A stretch of DNA of 64,000 nucleotides from an uncultured Paludibacter sp. (GCA_963677275.1 OY781920.1:1009960-1073959); one strand, 5' to 3'. Shown: positions 38,479-49,402, counted from the stretch's first letter. Numbers and translations: made by a program. The notes: generated by a model not told the origin, from the letters alone.

Positions 38479-40015
38479 TATTCATTTTTTTAGTGTTCAT
38501 TTTCAACCATTTCATATATTCGTTAAGTTCGGTTTTTACCTCGGGTGCAAGTATCAGCAGACCTATTATGTTCGGAACAGCCATCGAGAGCACTAACATA
38601 TCGGAGAAATCGACCAGGGTATTCAGACTCAATACCGAACCTAAGGCTGTAATTATTAAAAATACGATTTGATAAGCTCTTGTTGCATAAATTCTTTTTC
38701 CCAAATGCTTTTCGCAGGCATCTCCTACCAGAAAATCGAAACTCTTTACACCGTAGTACGACCAAGAAATGATAGTGGTGTAAGCGAATAGAATGATAGT
38801 GGGTAACAAAAGATAAGGAAACCATGCCGAAACCGTAGAAAATGCCGCTGATGTAAGCGCTGTTCCGGCTAAATTGTCGGGATTGACATATAAACCCGAT
38901 ACGATAATCACCAATGCCGTCATTGTGCAAATAACTACGGTATCGATAAATGGCTCAAGCAATGCTACCAGCCCTTCGGTAACCGGTTTTTGTGTTTTTA
39001 CAGTGGAGTGAGCAATCGCAGCCGAACCGATACCCGCTTCGTTGGAAAAGGCGGCCCTCCTGAACCCGATGATCATTACACCTACAAAACCACCTTTGGC
39101 GGCATCGGCATTGAAAGCGCCGTTGAGAATTAGTCCAAAAGCATCTCCTACGTGTCGATAATTAACGCCAATTACCACAAGGCAGGAAACAATATAAAAA
39201 ATGGCCATCAGAGGAAAGAGTTTGTCGTTTACATTCGCTATCCCTTTTATTCCGCCAATGATCACCACACCTACCAACACAGCAATCAATATCCCCAACC
39301 AAATCTGATAACCATCGAGAAGGGGAAAAGTAATAATCGTTTGTGCCACTACCTGGTTGGACTGGAACATATTCCCAATGCCGAAAGCGCCAATGCTTGC
39401 AAAAGCAGCAAATAGTATGGCGAGGGTTTTTCCGGTTTTTGCCCAACCTTTTTTGGCTAATCCGTATTTTAAATAATACATTGGTCCACCTGAAACTGTA
39501 TTGTCAGTATTTATTCTTCGGTATTTTACACCTAAGGTACATTCGGTAAATTTAGTAGTCATGCCGAGCAGTCCGGCTACTATTAACCAAAAAGTAGCGC
39601 CTGGCCCGCCTAATGTAATGGCTACAGCCACGCCTGCAATATTTCCTAATCCTACTGTAGAAGCGCAGGCAGTAGCAATGGCCTGAAAATGTGATATTTC
39701 ACCATCGTGTCCATCTTTGTCGTATTTGCCCATAGCCAGGTCAATGGCATGTTTAAATCCTCTCAGATTGATAAACCGAAAATAAATAGTGAAGAATAAA
39801 GCTCCGAAAATGAGCCATATAATTATAAACGGGATTTTAATTCCAAGTTCAAAGCCTAAAGCGGCAAATGGATCCCAAAATAAAATTTTATCGAGAAAAG
39901 AAACGATAGGTTGAAAAAAACTATTTACATTGTCGCTGAATGCACTAACGGTATCTTGTGCAAAGAGGAGAGGGGATGTGAAGAAAAGCATGCATAATGT
40001 AAGCGTTTTTCTCAT
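38471..40015 (-). CDS. alanine/glycine:Na+ symporter (AGCS) family (start about 40015)
   Basis: TVGLGNIAGVA, GGPGATFW, GGPMYY, FSNEAGIGS and EPFIDT motifs. Confidence 0.92.
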   Translation of the reverse strand: MRKTLTLCMLFFTSPLLFAQDTVSAFSDNVNSFFQPIVSFLDKILFWDPFAALGFELGIKIPFIIIWLIFGALFFTIYFRFINLRGFKHAIDLAMGKYDKDGHDGEISHFQAIATACASTVGLGNIAGVAVAITLGGPGATFWLIVAGLLGMTTKFTECTLGVKYRRINTDNTVSGGPMYYLKYGLAKKGWAKTGKTLAILFAAFASIGAFGIGNMFQSNQVVAQTIITFPLLDGYQIWLGILIAVLVGVVIIGGIKGIANVNDKLFPLMAIFYIVSCLVVIGVNYRHVGDAFGLILNGAFNADAAKGGFVGVMIIGFRRAAFSNEAGIGSAAIAHSTVKTQKPVTEGLVALLEPFIDTVVICTMTALVIIVSGLYVNPDNLAGTALTSAAFSTVSAWFPYLLLPTIILFAYTTIISWSYYGVKSFDFLVGDACEKHLGKRIYATRAYQIVFLIITALGSVLSLNTLVDFSDMLVLSMAVPNIIGLLILAPEVKTELNEYMKWLKMNTKKMNNE

Positions 40016-40102
40016 ATATTCATATTTTTTGTGCAAATATACAAATAATCTCTAACTTTAGGTTATATGATGTTTGCTACAACTGCTAATTATTTTTAGC
40101 AT

Positions 40103-40145
40103 AAAAAAAACGGGCAGGTGAAGAATATAAACTTCACTTGCCCGT
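40103..40145 (-). terminator. terminator of the mmd operon
   Basis: AACGGGCAGGTGAAG/CTTCACTTGCCCGTT stem with A-run. Confidence 0.75.
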
Positions 40146-40192
40146 TCACTTTTTTTGAATGCTAAAGATATCTCCGTATAGAGTGCAAAGAA

Positions 40193-41506
40193 TTATCCAA
40201 GCAAGGTGAGCAATAATCCGGCAGCTACAGCCGAACCAATTACACCTGCTACATTGGGTCCCATAGCGTGCATGAGCAAGAAGTTACCCGGATCCTCCTC
40301 CTGGCCAACTACCTGCGAAACACGGGCGGCCATTGGAACAGCCGAAACACCGGCCGAGCCGATCAATGGATTGATTTTTTCCTTTAAGAACAAATTCATA
40401 AACTTAGCCAAAAGTACACCGCTACCAGTTCCGACAGAGAATGCCAATACTCCGATGACCATAATCATCATGGTTTGCATATTTAAAAATGCACTTGCAG
40501 TAGCAGTTGCCCCTACTGTAATACCAAGGAAAATAGTTACAATGTTCATTAACTCGTTCTGAACTGTTTTGCTCAATCGTTCCACAACACCACTTTCGCG
40601 CATAAGGTTACCCAAAAGTAAACAGCCAACTAACGGAGCAGCCGGAGGTAACAGTAAGGAGATAAATGCAGTAGCGAATATAGGGAAAATAATTTTCTCT
40701 TTTTTCGATACGATGCGTAACTGTTTCATGCGGATAAGCCGTTCGCTTTTCGAGGTTAATAACCTCATAATTGGCGGCTGAATCACAGGCACTAAAGCCA
40801 TATACGAATAGGCTGCCACAGCAATAGGGCCTAACAAATGAGGCGCTAATTTAGAGGTAAGGAAAATGGCTGTAGGGCCATCAGCGCCACCGATAATACC
40901 GATAGAAGCTGCTTCCTGAGGCGTAAAGCCCAAACCTACAGCTGCTAAATAGGTGGCAAAAATACCGATTTGTGCGGCTGCACCCAATAATAAACTTTTA
41001 GGATTGGCCAACATGGGACCAAAGTCGGTCATGGCACCCACACCCACAAAAATAAGACATGGGTATATGCCGAGTTTTACCCCCAGGTAGAGATAATCGA
41101 GCAGACCGCCTTTTTGAACAAAAGATTCCCAGTGTACATGTCCGCCAGCAAATAAATCACCATTGAACAGTCCTGCGCCCGGCAGATTGGTGAGTAACAT
41201 ACCAAAAGCGATAGGTAGGAGCAACAAAGGCTCAAACTGTTTCACAATGGCCAGATACAACAATACGCAAGCGATGATTATCATAACAATAGTTTCCCAC
41301 GTAAGTCCGGCAAAACCGGTGCTCGACAGAAAATTCAGCAAGCTTTCCTCCACATAAGATAAGCCTGAGCCCGAAGCATCTGCACTTACCTGCTCAGTAG
41401 CTGCTACAAGAGCAGAGTCGGGAGCAATAGTTTGCGCCCCTACCGACATGGTGATACTTGCAAATAGAAAAGCAAATAAAATTAAAATATTCTTTTTTGT
41501 CTTCAT
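40193..41506 (-). CDS. mmdB: Na+-translocating decarboxylase beta subunit
   Basis: [27 protein letters not shown] and [14 protein letters not shown] motifs. Confidence 0.93.
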   Translation of the reverse strand: MKTKKNILILFAFLFASITMSVGAQTIAPDSALVAATEQVSADASGSGLSYVEESLLNFLSSTGFAGLTWETIVMIIIACVLLYLAIVKQFEPLLLLPIAFGMLLTNLPGAGLFNGDLFAGGHVHWESFVQKGGLLDYLYLGVKLGIYPCLIFVGVGAMTDFGPMLANPKSLLLGAAAQIGIFATYLAAVGLGFTPQEAASIGIIGGADGPTAIFLTSKLAPHLLGPIAVAAYSYMALVPVIQPPIMRLLTSKSERLIRMKQLRIVSKKEKIIFPIFATAFISLLLPPAAPLVGCLLLGNLMRESGVVERLSKTVQNELMNIVTIFLGITVGATATASAFLNMQTMMIMVIGVLAFSVGTGSGVLLAKFMNLFLKEKINPLIGSAGVSAVPMAARVSQVVGQEEDPGNFLLMHAMGPNVAGVIGSAVAAGLLLTLLG

Positions 41507-41531
41507 TTTATATTCTCTTAATTACAAGTAT

Positions 41532-42263
41532 TTATTCAATGTCAAGCAATAAATCGTCCTGCATTACGCTCTGACCTGCTTGCACATGAATAGTCTTTAC
41601 AACTCCATCCTTTTCGGCTAAAATGCTGTTTTCCATCTTCATCGATTCGAGTGTGAGCAGTAAATCACCGCGTTTTATTTGCTGACCTACTTTAACAGCT
41701 ACTTTTATTACACTTCCCGGAAGTGGCGATTTTACTGGTTTTGCAACACCCGATGACTTTGGCGTCGGAGCTGCTGCCGGTTTCGGCGCTTCTGTGGCGT
41801 TAGTTGTTTTTGTAGGTTGAGCTACAGGAATTTCAGTGTCTGTACCTTCGAAATCAATCAGAATGTCATCCTGCATTACGCTTTGTCCCGGTTGTACATG
41901 TATGTGACGGATGATACCATCGTGCTCGGCAAGGATGTTGTTTTCCATTTTCATCGATTCCATGGTGAGCAATACATCGCCACGTTTTACCTGTTGACCA
42001 TTGCTTACAAGCACTTTCATGATGCTGCCCGGAAGCGGAGCCTTGATGGCATTTGCTACTACCGAGCGTGCAGGCGTTTTAATGGCAGCCACTTTTCCTG
42101 CCGGTTTGCGGCTCATGGTGCTCATCGACGATGCTTTTTCCTGTTTTTCAATTTCTACAGTGAACGGCGTTCCGTTCACTTCTATTTCGGCAATGTTGTG
42201 TTCTATTTCGTTGATTGAAACTTCGTATTCACTGCCATCTATTTTAAATTTGAATTTCTTCAT
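41532..42263 (-). CDS. mmdC: biotin carrier subunit with two tandem biotinyl domains
   Basis: Two PLPG...ESMKMEN domains joined by an Ala/Pro/Thr linker. Confidence 0.88.
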   Translation of the reverse strand: MKKFKFKIDGSEYEVSINEIEHNIAEIEVNGTPFTVEIEKQEKASSMSTMSRKPAGKVAAIKTPARSVVANAIKAPLPGSIMKVLVSNGQQVKRGDVLLTMESMKMENNILAEHDGIIRHIHVQPGQSVMQDDILIDFEGTDTEIPVAQPTKTTNATEAPKPAAAPTPKSSGVAKPVKSPLPGSVIKVAVKVGQQIKRGDLLLTLESMKMENSILAEKDGVVKTIHVQAGQSVMQDDLLLDIE

Positions 42264-42268
42264 AATAA

Positions 42269-42637
42269 TTATTTTACCAGATTATTTAAACCATAAATTT
42301 TTGAACTCCATGGGGAGTAACGCCTTTCGACAGTTTTGATTGTGATAACAGCGCTTTCTTCGTCGTGTACTTCGGCATAAAATAAATGCAAAGCCATTGC
42401 TATGGCTGCACTGTCGCCAGCCGATAAATGATCTTCAACATATTCCTTTTCGGTTGGAATCGTTGAGTTCAAATCGTTATCGACTGGATTTTTTTTAGGA
42501 ACCCGAACTTTTGGCGCTACCACTCTACTGAATATGTTCAATACGAACACAATCAGTACAAGTAATACAAACACCATAGTGATTGAGAAAAAAACTACAT
42601 TGAAGGCATCAGCCCAGTTTACTGCTAATATTTTCAT
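42269..42637 (-). CDS. mmdD: OadG/MmdD (gamma/delta) subunit
   Basis: N-terminal membrane helix; AAIAMALH...YSPWSSKIY tail. Confidence 0.82.
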   Translation of the reverse strand: MKILAVNWADAFNVVFFSITMVFVLLVLIVFVLNIFSRVVAPKVRVPKKNPVDNDLNSTIPTEKEYVEDHLSAGDSAAIAMALHLFYAEVHDEESAVITIKTVERRYSPWSSKIYGLNNLVK

Positions 42638-42648
42638 CTTGAAGTGAA

Positions 42649-44208
42649 TTATAATGGAATATTAGAATGTTTTTTCAATGGATTCACTACCTTTTTGGTT
42701 TGCAGCGCCTGGAATGCGCGGATCACGCGGAAACGTGTGTTGCGTGGTTCTACAATATCGTCGATATAGCCATATGATGCAGCCTGATAAGGATTGGCGA
42801 ATTTTTCTTTGTATTCGTTTACTTTTTCGTTTACAAATTTAGCTCTTTCTTCAGGATCGGTAATAGCGGCAATAGCGCGACCTTCGAGTACTTCGATAGC
42901 GCCAGCAGCACCCATTACTGCAATTTCGGCAGTTGGCCATGCGTAATTAAAGTCTCCACGTAATTGTTTCGAACTCATTACATCGTGAGCACCTCCATAA
43001 GATTTACGCAGGGTAACGGTTACCTTCGGAATGGTAGCTTCGCCATAGGCAAACATAAGTTTTGCGCCATGTGTGATAATGCCTGCATATTCCTGAGCCG
43101 AGCCCGGTAAAAATCCCGGAACATCAACAAGCGTAAGTACAGGGATGTTGAAAGCATCGCAGAAGCGAACAAAACGTGCAGCTTTGCGCGCCGAATCGCA
43201 GTCGAGTACTCCGGCAAGGAACTTGGGTTGATTGGCGACGATACCAGTAGAAACGCCATTGAAACGAGCGAATCCCACAATAATGTTACGTGCGTAGTCG
43301 GCATGTATTTCGAGGAATTTACCATAATCGGCAATACCGCTAATCACCTGTTTCATATCGTAAGGCTGATTCGGATTGTCGGGAATGATTGAGTTTAAGG
43401 CATCTTCCAAACGGTTGATAGGGTCGGTGCATTCTTCAATCGGAGCTTCTTCTAGGTTGTTTTGAGGCAAATAAGAGATTAATTCGCGGATTGTTTCAAT
43501 ACCGGCTTCTTCGTTGGCAACGCGGAAGTGTGAAACACCCGATTTGCAGGAGTGAACATCGGCGCCACCAAGGTCTTCGGTAGAGATGTCTTCGCCTGTA
43601 ACTGATTTAACAACCTTAGGCCCTGTAACGAACATGTATGAGTTTTGTTCGGTCATAAGGATAAAGTCGGTAAGGGCAGGAGAATATACAGCACCACCGG
43701 CACAAGGACCGAAAATGGCAGATATCTGAGGGATAACACCAGAAGCCAAGATGTTGCGTTCGAAAATTTCGGCATATCCGGCCAACGAAGTCACACCTTC
43801 CTGTATACGAGCGCCTCCTGAATCGTTGATGCCGATCACCGGACATCCCATTTTCATGGCCATGTCCATTACTTTACAAATTTTCTGAGCCATAGTTTCG
43901 GACAATGAACCACCGAAAACGGTGAAATCCTGAGCAAAAACGAATACAGTGCGGCCATCGATAGTTCCGTGGCCGGTTACCACTCCATCGCCAAGGTATT
44001 TTTCGTTTTCCATGCCGAAGTTGGTGCAGCGATGTGTTACGAACATATCGAACTCTTCGAAACTTGAATCGTCCAACAACATGTGAATTCTTTCGCGGGC
44101 AGTAAATTTACCTTTCGCATGCTGCGAAGCAATTCTTTTTTCACCACCTCCCAATTTGGCTTTAACGCGCAAATCAATAAGATTTTGAACTTTCTTAGTA
44201 TTTTCCAT
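42649..44208 (-). CDS. mmdA: methylmalonyl-CoA decarboxylase alpha (carboxyltransferase) subunit
   Basis: Carboxyltransferase motifs, KKHSNIPL C-terminus, and operon context with mce and the OadG/biotin/beta genes. Confidence 0.92.
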   Translation of the reverse strand: MENTKKVQNLIDLRVKAKLGGGEKRIASQHAKGKFTARERIHMLLDDSSFEEFDMFVTHRCTNFGMENEKYLGDGVVTGHGTIDGRTVFVFAQDFTVFGGSLSETMAQKICKVMDMAMKMGCPVIGINDSGGARIQEGVTSLAGYAEIFERNILASGVIPQISAIFGPCAGGAVYSPALTDFILMTEQNSYMFVTGPKVVKSVTGEDISTEDLGGADVHSCKSGVSHFRVANEEAGIETIRELISYLPQNNLEEAPIEECTDPINRLEDALNSIIPDNPNQPYDMKQVISGIADYGKFLEIHADYARNIIVGFARFNGVSTGIVANQPKFLAGVLDCDSARKAARFVRFCDAFNIPVLTLVDVPGFLPGSAQEYAGIITHGAKLMFAYGEATIPKVTVTLRKSYGGAHDVMSSKQLRGDFNYAWPTAEIAVMGAAGAIEVLEGRAIAAITDPEERAKFVNEKVNEYKEKFANPYQAASYGYIDDIVEPRNTRFRVIRAFQALQTKKVVNPLKKHSNIPL

Positions 44209-44298
44209 TTTGTATAAATATTGATGAATACTGTAGCATCACCATCCGGATCACGTGCCATACTGATGCACTACAAGTGTTTTTTTTCGGAAATTGAT

Positions 44299-44709
44299 TT
44301 ATTTGTTAGGGTTTTCGCAAAACTCGGTGAGTACTCCAAAAGTCGATTTAGGGTGAAGAAAAGCAATGTTCAACCCTTCGGCACCTTTGCGGGGCGATTT
44401 GTCGATCAAACGAACTCCGTTTTCAGCCACGCTGTCGAGATTATCCTGTAAACCCTCCACGGCAAAAGCAATGTGGTGAACGCCTTCTCCTTTGTTTTCG
44501 ATAAATTTGCCAACCGGTCCTTCGGGATCGGTCGATTCGAGTAATTCAATTTTGGTTTGTCCAACCTTAAAGAAGGCAGTTTTTACTTTCTGTTCGGGTA
44601 CTTCTTCTACTGCATAGCATTTTAATCCTAATACATTTTCGTAATAAGGGATAGCTGTTTCGAGGCTTTTTACTGCAATACCTAAATGCTCAATATGAGT
44701 TAAATTCAT
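44299..44709 (-). CDS. mce: methylmalonyl-CoA epimerase
   Basis: HIEHLGIAV, TKIELLES, GVHHIAF and FLHPKST...LTEFCE motifs. Confidence 0.95.
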   Translation of the reverse strand: MNLTHIEHLGIAVKSLETAIPYYENVLGLKCYAVEEVPEQKVKTAFFKVGQTKIELLESTDPEGPVGKFIENKGEGVHHIAFAVEGLQDNLDSVAENGVRLIDKSPRKGAEGLNIAFLHPKSTFGVLTEFCENPNK

Positions 44710-44985
44710 GATGTGTGAAAATTAATTTGTGTATATATTTTTTTTTAATAATCGTCTCAGAAGCAAAGAAATATAGGGCCATTAATTAAAGAAATTTTTC
44801 CGTATTTATTTGAATTTCGCACAAAATTACTATAATTATTCAGTATAATCAACGAAAAGATCAATAATTTTTTAGTTTTTTTCTTTTTATTGATAATCAA
44901 TAGGATAAGCTTCGATCAATAAACCACGAATTATTTATTTTTGAATGTCGGTGCTGCCAAGTGAATCAAAATTATCATCTGAAAT

Positions 44986-45183
44986 TCAGTAGGTAGGAAT
45001 ATTCATAGGCATGAATTTTTTGTTTCTCAATTCGAGTTTTGTAAATTCACCTTCAGGGAAACGGGAATGAGCAATGATTGCATTATAGTGTATACACGTT
45101 TTATGTTCTTTTTCGAAGTTCGGAACGTTTTGATTTAGTTTTTCTTTGATTTGATAAAGGCGAATAGTCAGGAATGAATCCAT
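44986..45183 (-). CDS. candidate small protein (65 aa), unknown function
   Basis: Fills an otherwise empty intergenic gap; TACCTTTA promoter-like element at 45236-45243 (minus strand); A-rich sequence before the ATG. Confidence 0.45.
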   Translation of the reverse strand: MDSFLTIRLYQIKEKLNQNVPNFEKEHKTCIHYNAIIAHSRFPEGEFTKLELRNKKFMPMNIPTY

Positions 45184-45379
45184 GTAGATTGTTCAATTTA
45201 AGGTGGATGTTTATAAAAAAAGTGTTAATTTGAGATAAAGGTAAATATTTTTGTAATTTCTTTTGTACTTTAGCCGCTCATTGAAGTACAGTTGTATCCA
45301 GCGTATATTTGTTTAAAAGCGTTATCTTAATGCTTTTTTATTAATAAGTTATCGAAAAATATTTTATATTTTTAATTTT

Positions 45380-46906
45380 ATGAGAAAGTTATCCGTTTTA
45401 TATTTAAGTGGCATCTTAGGGATGCTTGTATTGTTCAGCTCGTGTAAAGGAAATGATAATGATATTGATGATCCGACCAAGACCGTGAACGTAGTGTCGC
45501 AGTTTGTGTACGATGGTATGTCATTGTATTATTTGTGGTCGTCGGAGATGGAGAACAAGGAACCTGTCATTGCAGATTCAATTCCCGCTAAATATTTCGA
45601 AAGTGTGCTGAGCACCACGGATATTGATCACGGATGGTCGTTTATTACCGACGATGTTCAAAGTTTGATGGCTGAGTTTTCGGGCACTCCGAAGGAATTT
45701 GGATTTTCGCTTGTTTTTGCTTATGCCAACACGGCCAGGACAGAATATTATGCCATCGTAAAATATGTATTTCCCGATTCGCCGGCAGCCAAAGCTGGAA
45801 TACAACGCAATAATATTATTGCCAAGATAGATGGCAGCGCCATCACCGAGAATAATTATATGGGGCTTTATGGTAACAGCGCTGTTGCACTAACGCTCTA
45901 TAAGTTTGCTGATAACCAACTTGTTCACGACAAGGAAGTGACTGTTTCACCTTCGACAATTGTGGCGAATCCGGTGCTTTATAGTCATATTTATGAAACC
46001 AGCGGCAAAAAAATAGCTTATTTGTTTTATACCGGTTTTATAAGTAATTATAATGGTTCGCTTTATACTGTGTTCAGCAGTTTTAAGCAGGCCGGAGTTA
46101 CCGATTTAGTATTGGATTTGAGGTACAATCACGGAGGAGCTGTAACAGCAGCTACTTATCTGGCATCGTTAATTGCACCAAGAACTATGGTTGAAAGTAA
46201 ATCGCCCTATGCGCGGATGTCCTACAACACTGAGCTAAATAAATATTTTGATAAAGAAGAAATTAGCCGAACCGATAGTCTTGGAGTGTACGATGCTGCT
46301 TTCCCTGATCCACTGGGCGCTAATTTAAATCTGAACAAAGTGTACATAATTGCCACTGATGATTCTTATTCGGCTTCCGAACTGACCGCTTTTTGCTTAA
46401 AAGCTTGTATGGATGTGGTTCATATTGGCGGAAATACGGGTGGAAAATATACAGCCTCGTGGACGATACATCCTTATGATGAAAATATTGGTGTTCCTAT
46501 TTACGAAGAAAACAAGCTGTCGGCCGCGTTGAAAACAAAATTCCAAAACTGGGCCATGCAGCCTATAGTGGCAAAGTACACCAACAAAAATGACAAAGAT
46601 TTTTCAATACCAGGCTATTTGGTGCCCGATTACCCTCTCGAGGAAGGATTTGGTTATCTCTCGGCCTGGACGCAGATAGGCGATACGAAAGATGTGCTTT
46701 TGGGACAGGCGCTTTACCTGATCACAGGAGATACGAATTTTAAACCCGTGATGAGTGCCGCTCCTCAAAGAATGCGTTCAAGTATAGCTACAACTGCTCG
46801 TTTTAAAAATCCAAAGGAAAGACGCAGTGAATCGGTGCTGCTCGATAATGTGAAACTGAACCACGAGGCTGTGGATGCCATTTTTAAATCGAAAAAAGCA
46901 TTGTAA
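45380..46906 (+). CDS. S41 family peptidase lipoprotein with PDZ-like domain
   Basis: Lipobox FSSC; IAYLFY, LVLDLRYNHGG, SASEL and IGGNTGGK motifs. Confidence 0.88.
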   Translation: MRKLSVLYLSGILGMLVLFSSCKGNDNDIDDPTKTVNVVSQFVYDGMSLYYLWSSEMENKEPVIADSIPAKYFESVLSTTDIDHGWSFITDDVQSLMAEFSGTPKEFGFSLVFAYANTARTEYYAIVKYVFPDSPAAKAGIQRNNIIAKIDGSAITENNYMGLYGNSAVALTLYKFADNQLVHDKEVTVSPSTIVANPVLYSHIYETSGKKIAYLFYTGFISNYNGSLYTVFSSFKQAGVTDLVLDLRYNHGGAVTAATYLASLIAPRTMVESKSPYARMSYNTELNKYFDKEEISRTDSLGVYDAAFPDPLGANLNLNKVYIIATDDSYSASELTAFCLKACMDVVHIGGNTGGKYTASWTIHPYDENIGVPIYEENKLSAALKTKFQNWAMQPIVAKYTNKNDKDFSIPGYLVPDYPLEEGFGYLSAWTQIGDTKDVLLGQALYLITGDTNFKPVMSAAPQRMRSSIATTARFKNPKERRSESVLLDNVKLNHEAVDAIFKSKKAL

Positions 46907-46931
46907 GGTTGAAAATTGGTAAAATGACTAT

Positions 46932-46964
46932 AAAAAAACCGGATGTGTTCGCATCCGGTTTTTT
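46932..46964. terminator. bidirectional intrinsic terminator
   Basis: AAAACCGGATG/CATCCGGTTTT stem. Confidence 0.8.
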
Positions 46965-46982
46965 TGATTGTTTGTGATGATT

Positions 46983-49283
46983 TTATATTTCCTGTAAGCG
47001 GTTGTTATAGTCAATTTGCTCCTGTACCATTGCATCCAGCACTGCCACTGCCGTCATGTTTACGATGTCGCGCACAGAGCTTTCGACGTCCAAAATATGA
47101 ATTGGTTTTTTTAGTCCCATTTGTATCGGTCCGATGGATTCGGCCAATCCCATTTCGAGCATCAACTTATAAGCGGTATTTGCTGAACTAAGGTTGGGGA
47201 AAATGAGTGTGTTTACCTCTTTGCCAGCAAGTTTCGAAAATGGATACTTCGCATCGCGCAATTCCTTGTTCAATGCAAATGTAACCTGCATTTCGCCATC
47301 CACCACCATTTCGGGGTAATTGCTGTGGAGGGTCGATACCACTTCGTGAACACTGGCAGGACTTCCCTGTTTGTCCGAACCGAAATTAGAATACGAAAGC
47401 ATGGCCATTACCGGTTCGTGATTGAAAAATTTAACCGTATTGTAGGTCAGTTTAGCTACATCGATAAGCGTTTCGGTTGTCGGGTGGCGGTTGAAAAGCG
47501 TATCGGCGAGGAAGAAAGTTCCCTTTTTTGTATTCATAATGTGCATAGCGCCAATATGTTTTAAACCATCCCGAATGCCAATTACTTCTTTAGCGGCCTG
47601 AATTGAGTCGGCATATTTGGTATACACGCCTGTAATCAGCGCATCAGCGTCGCCCACTTCAACCATCATCATGCCAAAGTAATTTCGTTCGTACATTTTT
47701 TCGTAGGCTTCGTCGAAAGTCATTCCTTCGCGGTTTCTTTTGTCCGCAAGAATCTGCGCAAATTTCACTCTCCGGTCTTCTTCACGGTCGTGGCGAAGAT
47801 TAATGATTTCAATGCCAGTTAAGTCGATGTGATTTTCGGCTGCAATGTTTCCAATTTTCTCTTCGTTGCCAAGCAAAACAGGGAAACAGATACCTTCGGC
47901 TAATGCAGCTTCGGCTGCTTTAAGCATGTTGATATGATTCGATTCGGAGAATACCACACGTTTTGGGTTGGAACGGGCTGTTTCGTAGAAACGACGAAGC
48001 ATTTTATTGTCATGTCCCATCATTTCGCGTAACTTATTGTTGTAGGCATTCCAGTCGGTAATTTCTTTTCTGGCGACGCCTGAATCCATTGCGGCTTTGG
48101 CTACAGCCGGTGCAACGATGGTAAGCAGTCTGGGATCTAATGGTTTAGGAATAATGTAATCGCGACCGAAGCTCAATCTTTTTAGATCGTAGGCAACATT
48201 TACAACATCGGGAACCGCTTTTTTTGTTAGTTCGGCAATGGCGAGAACAGCTGCCACTTTCATTTCTTCGTTGATGCTTTTGGCACGTACATCCAAAGCT
48301 CCACGGAAAATATACGGGAAGCCAAGTACATTATTGATCTGATTTGGATGATCCGAACGTCCGGTGGCAAAAATAATATCCGGACGGGCTGCAATGGCAT
48401 CATCGTACGAAATTTCAGGGTTGGGGTTGGCCAAAGCGAAAACGATAGGGTCGGAGTTCATCGATTGAACCATTTCTTTGGTCAATACGCCGGCCACTGA
48501 TAAGCCTACAAAAACATCCGAGCCTTTCACTGCTTCGGAAAGGGTAGTAATGGTGCGATCGGTGGCAAAAGGTTTTTTGCGTGAATTCAAATCGGTTCGT
48601 TGTTTGTTGATAACGCCTTTCGAATCCACCATAACAATGTTTTCGAGTTTAGCACCCAGCAACATATACAGTTTTGTACAAGAGTTGGCGGCAGCGCCGG
48701 CACCATTCACCACTATTTTTATATCTTCAATTTTCTTTCCAGTAAGTTCGAGCGCATTGATCAAACCTGCCGAGGATATAATGGCTGTTCCGTGCTGGTC
48801 GTCGTGCATAATCGGAATGTCGAGTTCTTCTTTTAATCTTTCCTCAATCTCGAAGCATTCAGGTGCTTTAATATCTTCAAGGTTGATCCCGCCGAAGGTG
48901 GGTGCAATTGCTTTTACTACCTGTATAAATTTTTCGGGATCTGTTTCGTTCACCTCTATATCGAAAACGTCTATTCCGGCGAAAATCTTAAATAACAGGC
49001 CTTTTCCTTCCATAACGGGTTTGCCGGCCATAGCGCCAATATTGCCAAGTCCAAGTACTGCTGTGCCGTTAGAGATGACTGCTACCAGATTTCCCTTTGC
49101 AGTGTATTCGTAGGCACAATCAGGATTTTTCTCTATTTCCAGACAAGGTTCTGCTACTCCCGGAGAATAGGCTAATGATAAGTCGCGCTGCGAGCTATAG
49201 GGTTTGGTGGGAACTACTTCAATTTTACCGGGTTTCCCCATCGAGTGATACAACAGTGCATCTTCTTTTGTTTGTTTTGCCAT
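46983..49283 (-). CDS. maeB: NADP-dependent malic enzyme with phosphotransacetylase-like domain
   Basis: SLAYSPGVA, GINLEDI, HDDQHGTA, GAGAAA and PNQINNVLGFP motifs; PTA domain. Confidence 0.95.
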   Translation of the reverse strand: MAKQTKEDALLYHSMGKPGKIEVVPTKPYSSQRDLSLAYSPGVAEPCLEIEKNPDCAYEYTAKGNLVAVISNGTAVLGLGNIGAMAGKPVMEGKGLLFKIFAGIDVFDIEVNETDPEKFIQVVKAIAPTFGGINLEDIKAPECFEIEERLKEELDIPIMHDDQHGTAIISSAGLINALELTGKKIEDIKIVVNGAGAAANSCTKLYMLLGAKLENIVMVDSKGVINKQRTDLNSRKKPFATDRTITTLSEAVKGSDVFVGLSVAGVLTKEMVQSMNSDPIVFALANPNPEISYDDAIAARPDIIFATGRSDHPNQINNVLGFPYIFRGALDVRAKSINEEMKVAAVLAIAELTKKAVPDVVNVAYDLKRLSFGRDYIIPKPLDPRLLTIVAPAVAKAAMDSGVARKEITDWNAYNNKLREMMGHDNKMLRRFYETARSNPKRVVFSESNHINMLKAAEAALAEGICFPVLLGNEEKIGNIAAENHIDLTGIEIINLRHDREEDRRVKFAQILADKRNREGMTFDEAYEKMYERNYFGMMMVEVGDADALITGVYTKYADSIQAAKEVIGIRDGLKHIGAMHIMNTKKGTFFLADTLFNRHPTTETLIDVAKLTYNTVKFFNHEPVMAMLSYSNFGSDKQGSPASVHEVVSTLHSNYPEMVVDGEMQVTFALNKELRDAKYPFSKLAGKEVNTLIFPNLSSANTAYKLMLEMGLAESIGPIQMGLKKPIHILDVESSVRDIVNMTAVAVLDAMVQEQIDYNNRLQEI

Positions 49284-49402
49284 TATGGTAATAAATGTAA
49301 ATTGTAATTATTGATAGCATTTTTTTTAAAAATTGTTGCAAAATTACAAATAATAAAACCAATATACAATTAAAAGATGCTATTTAATAGTTAATAATGG
49401 TT

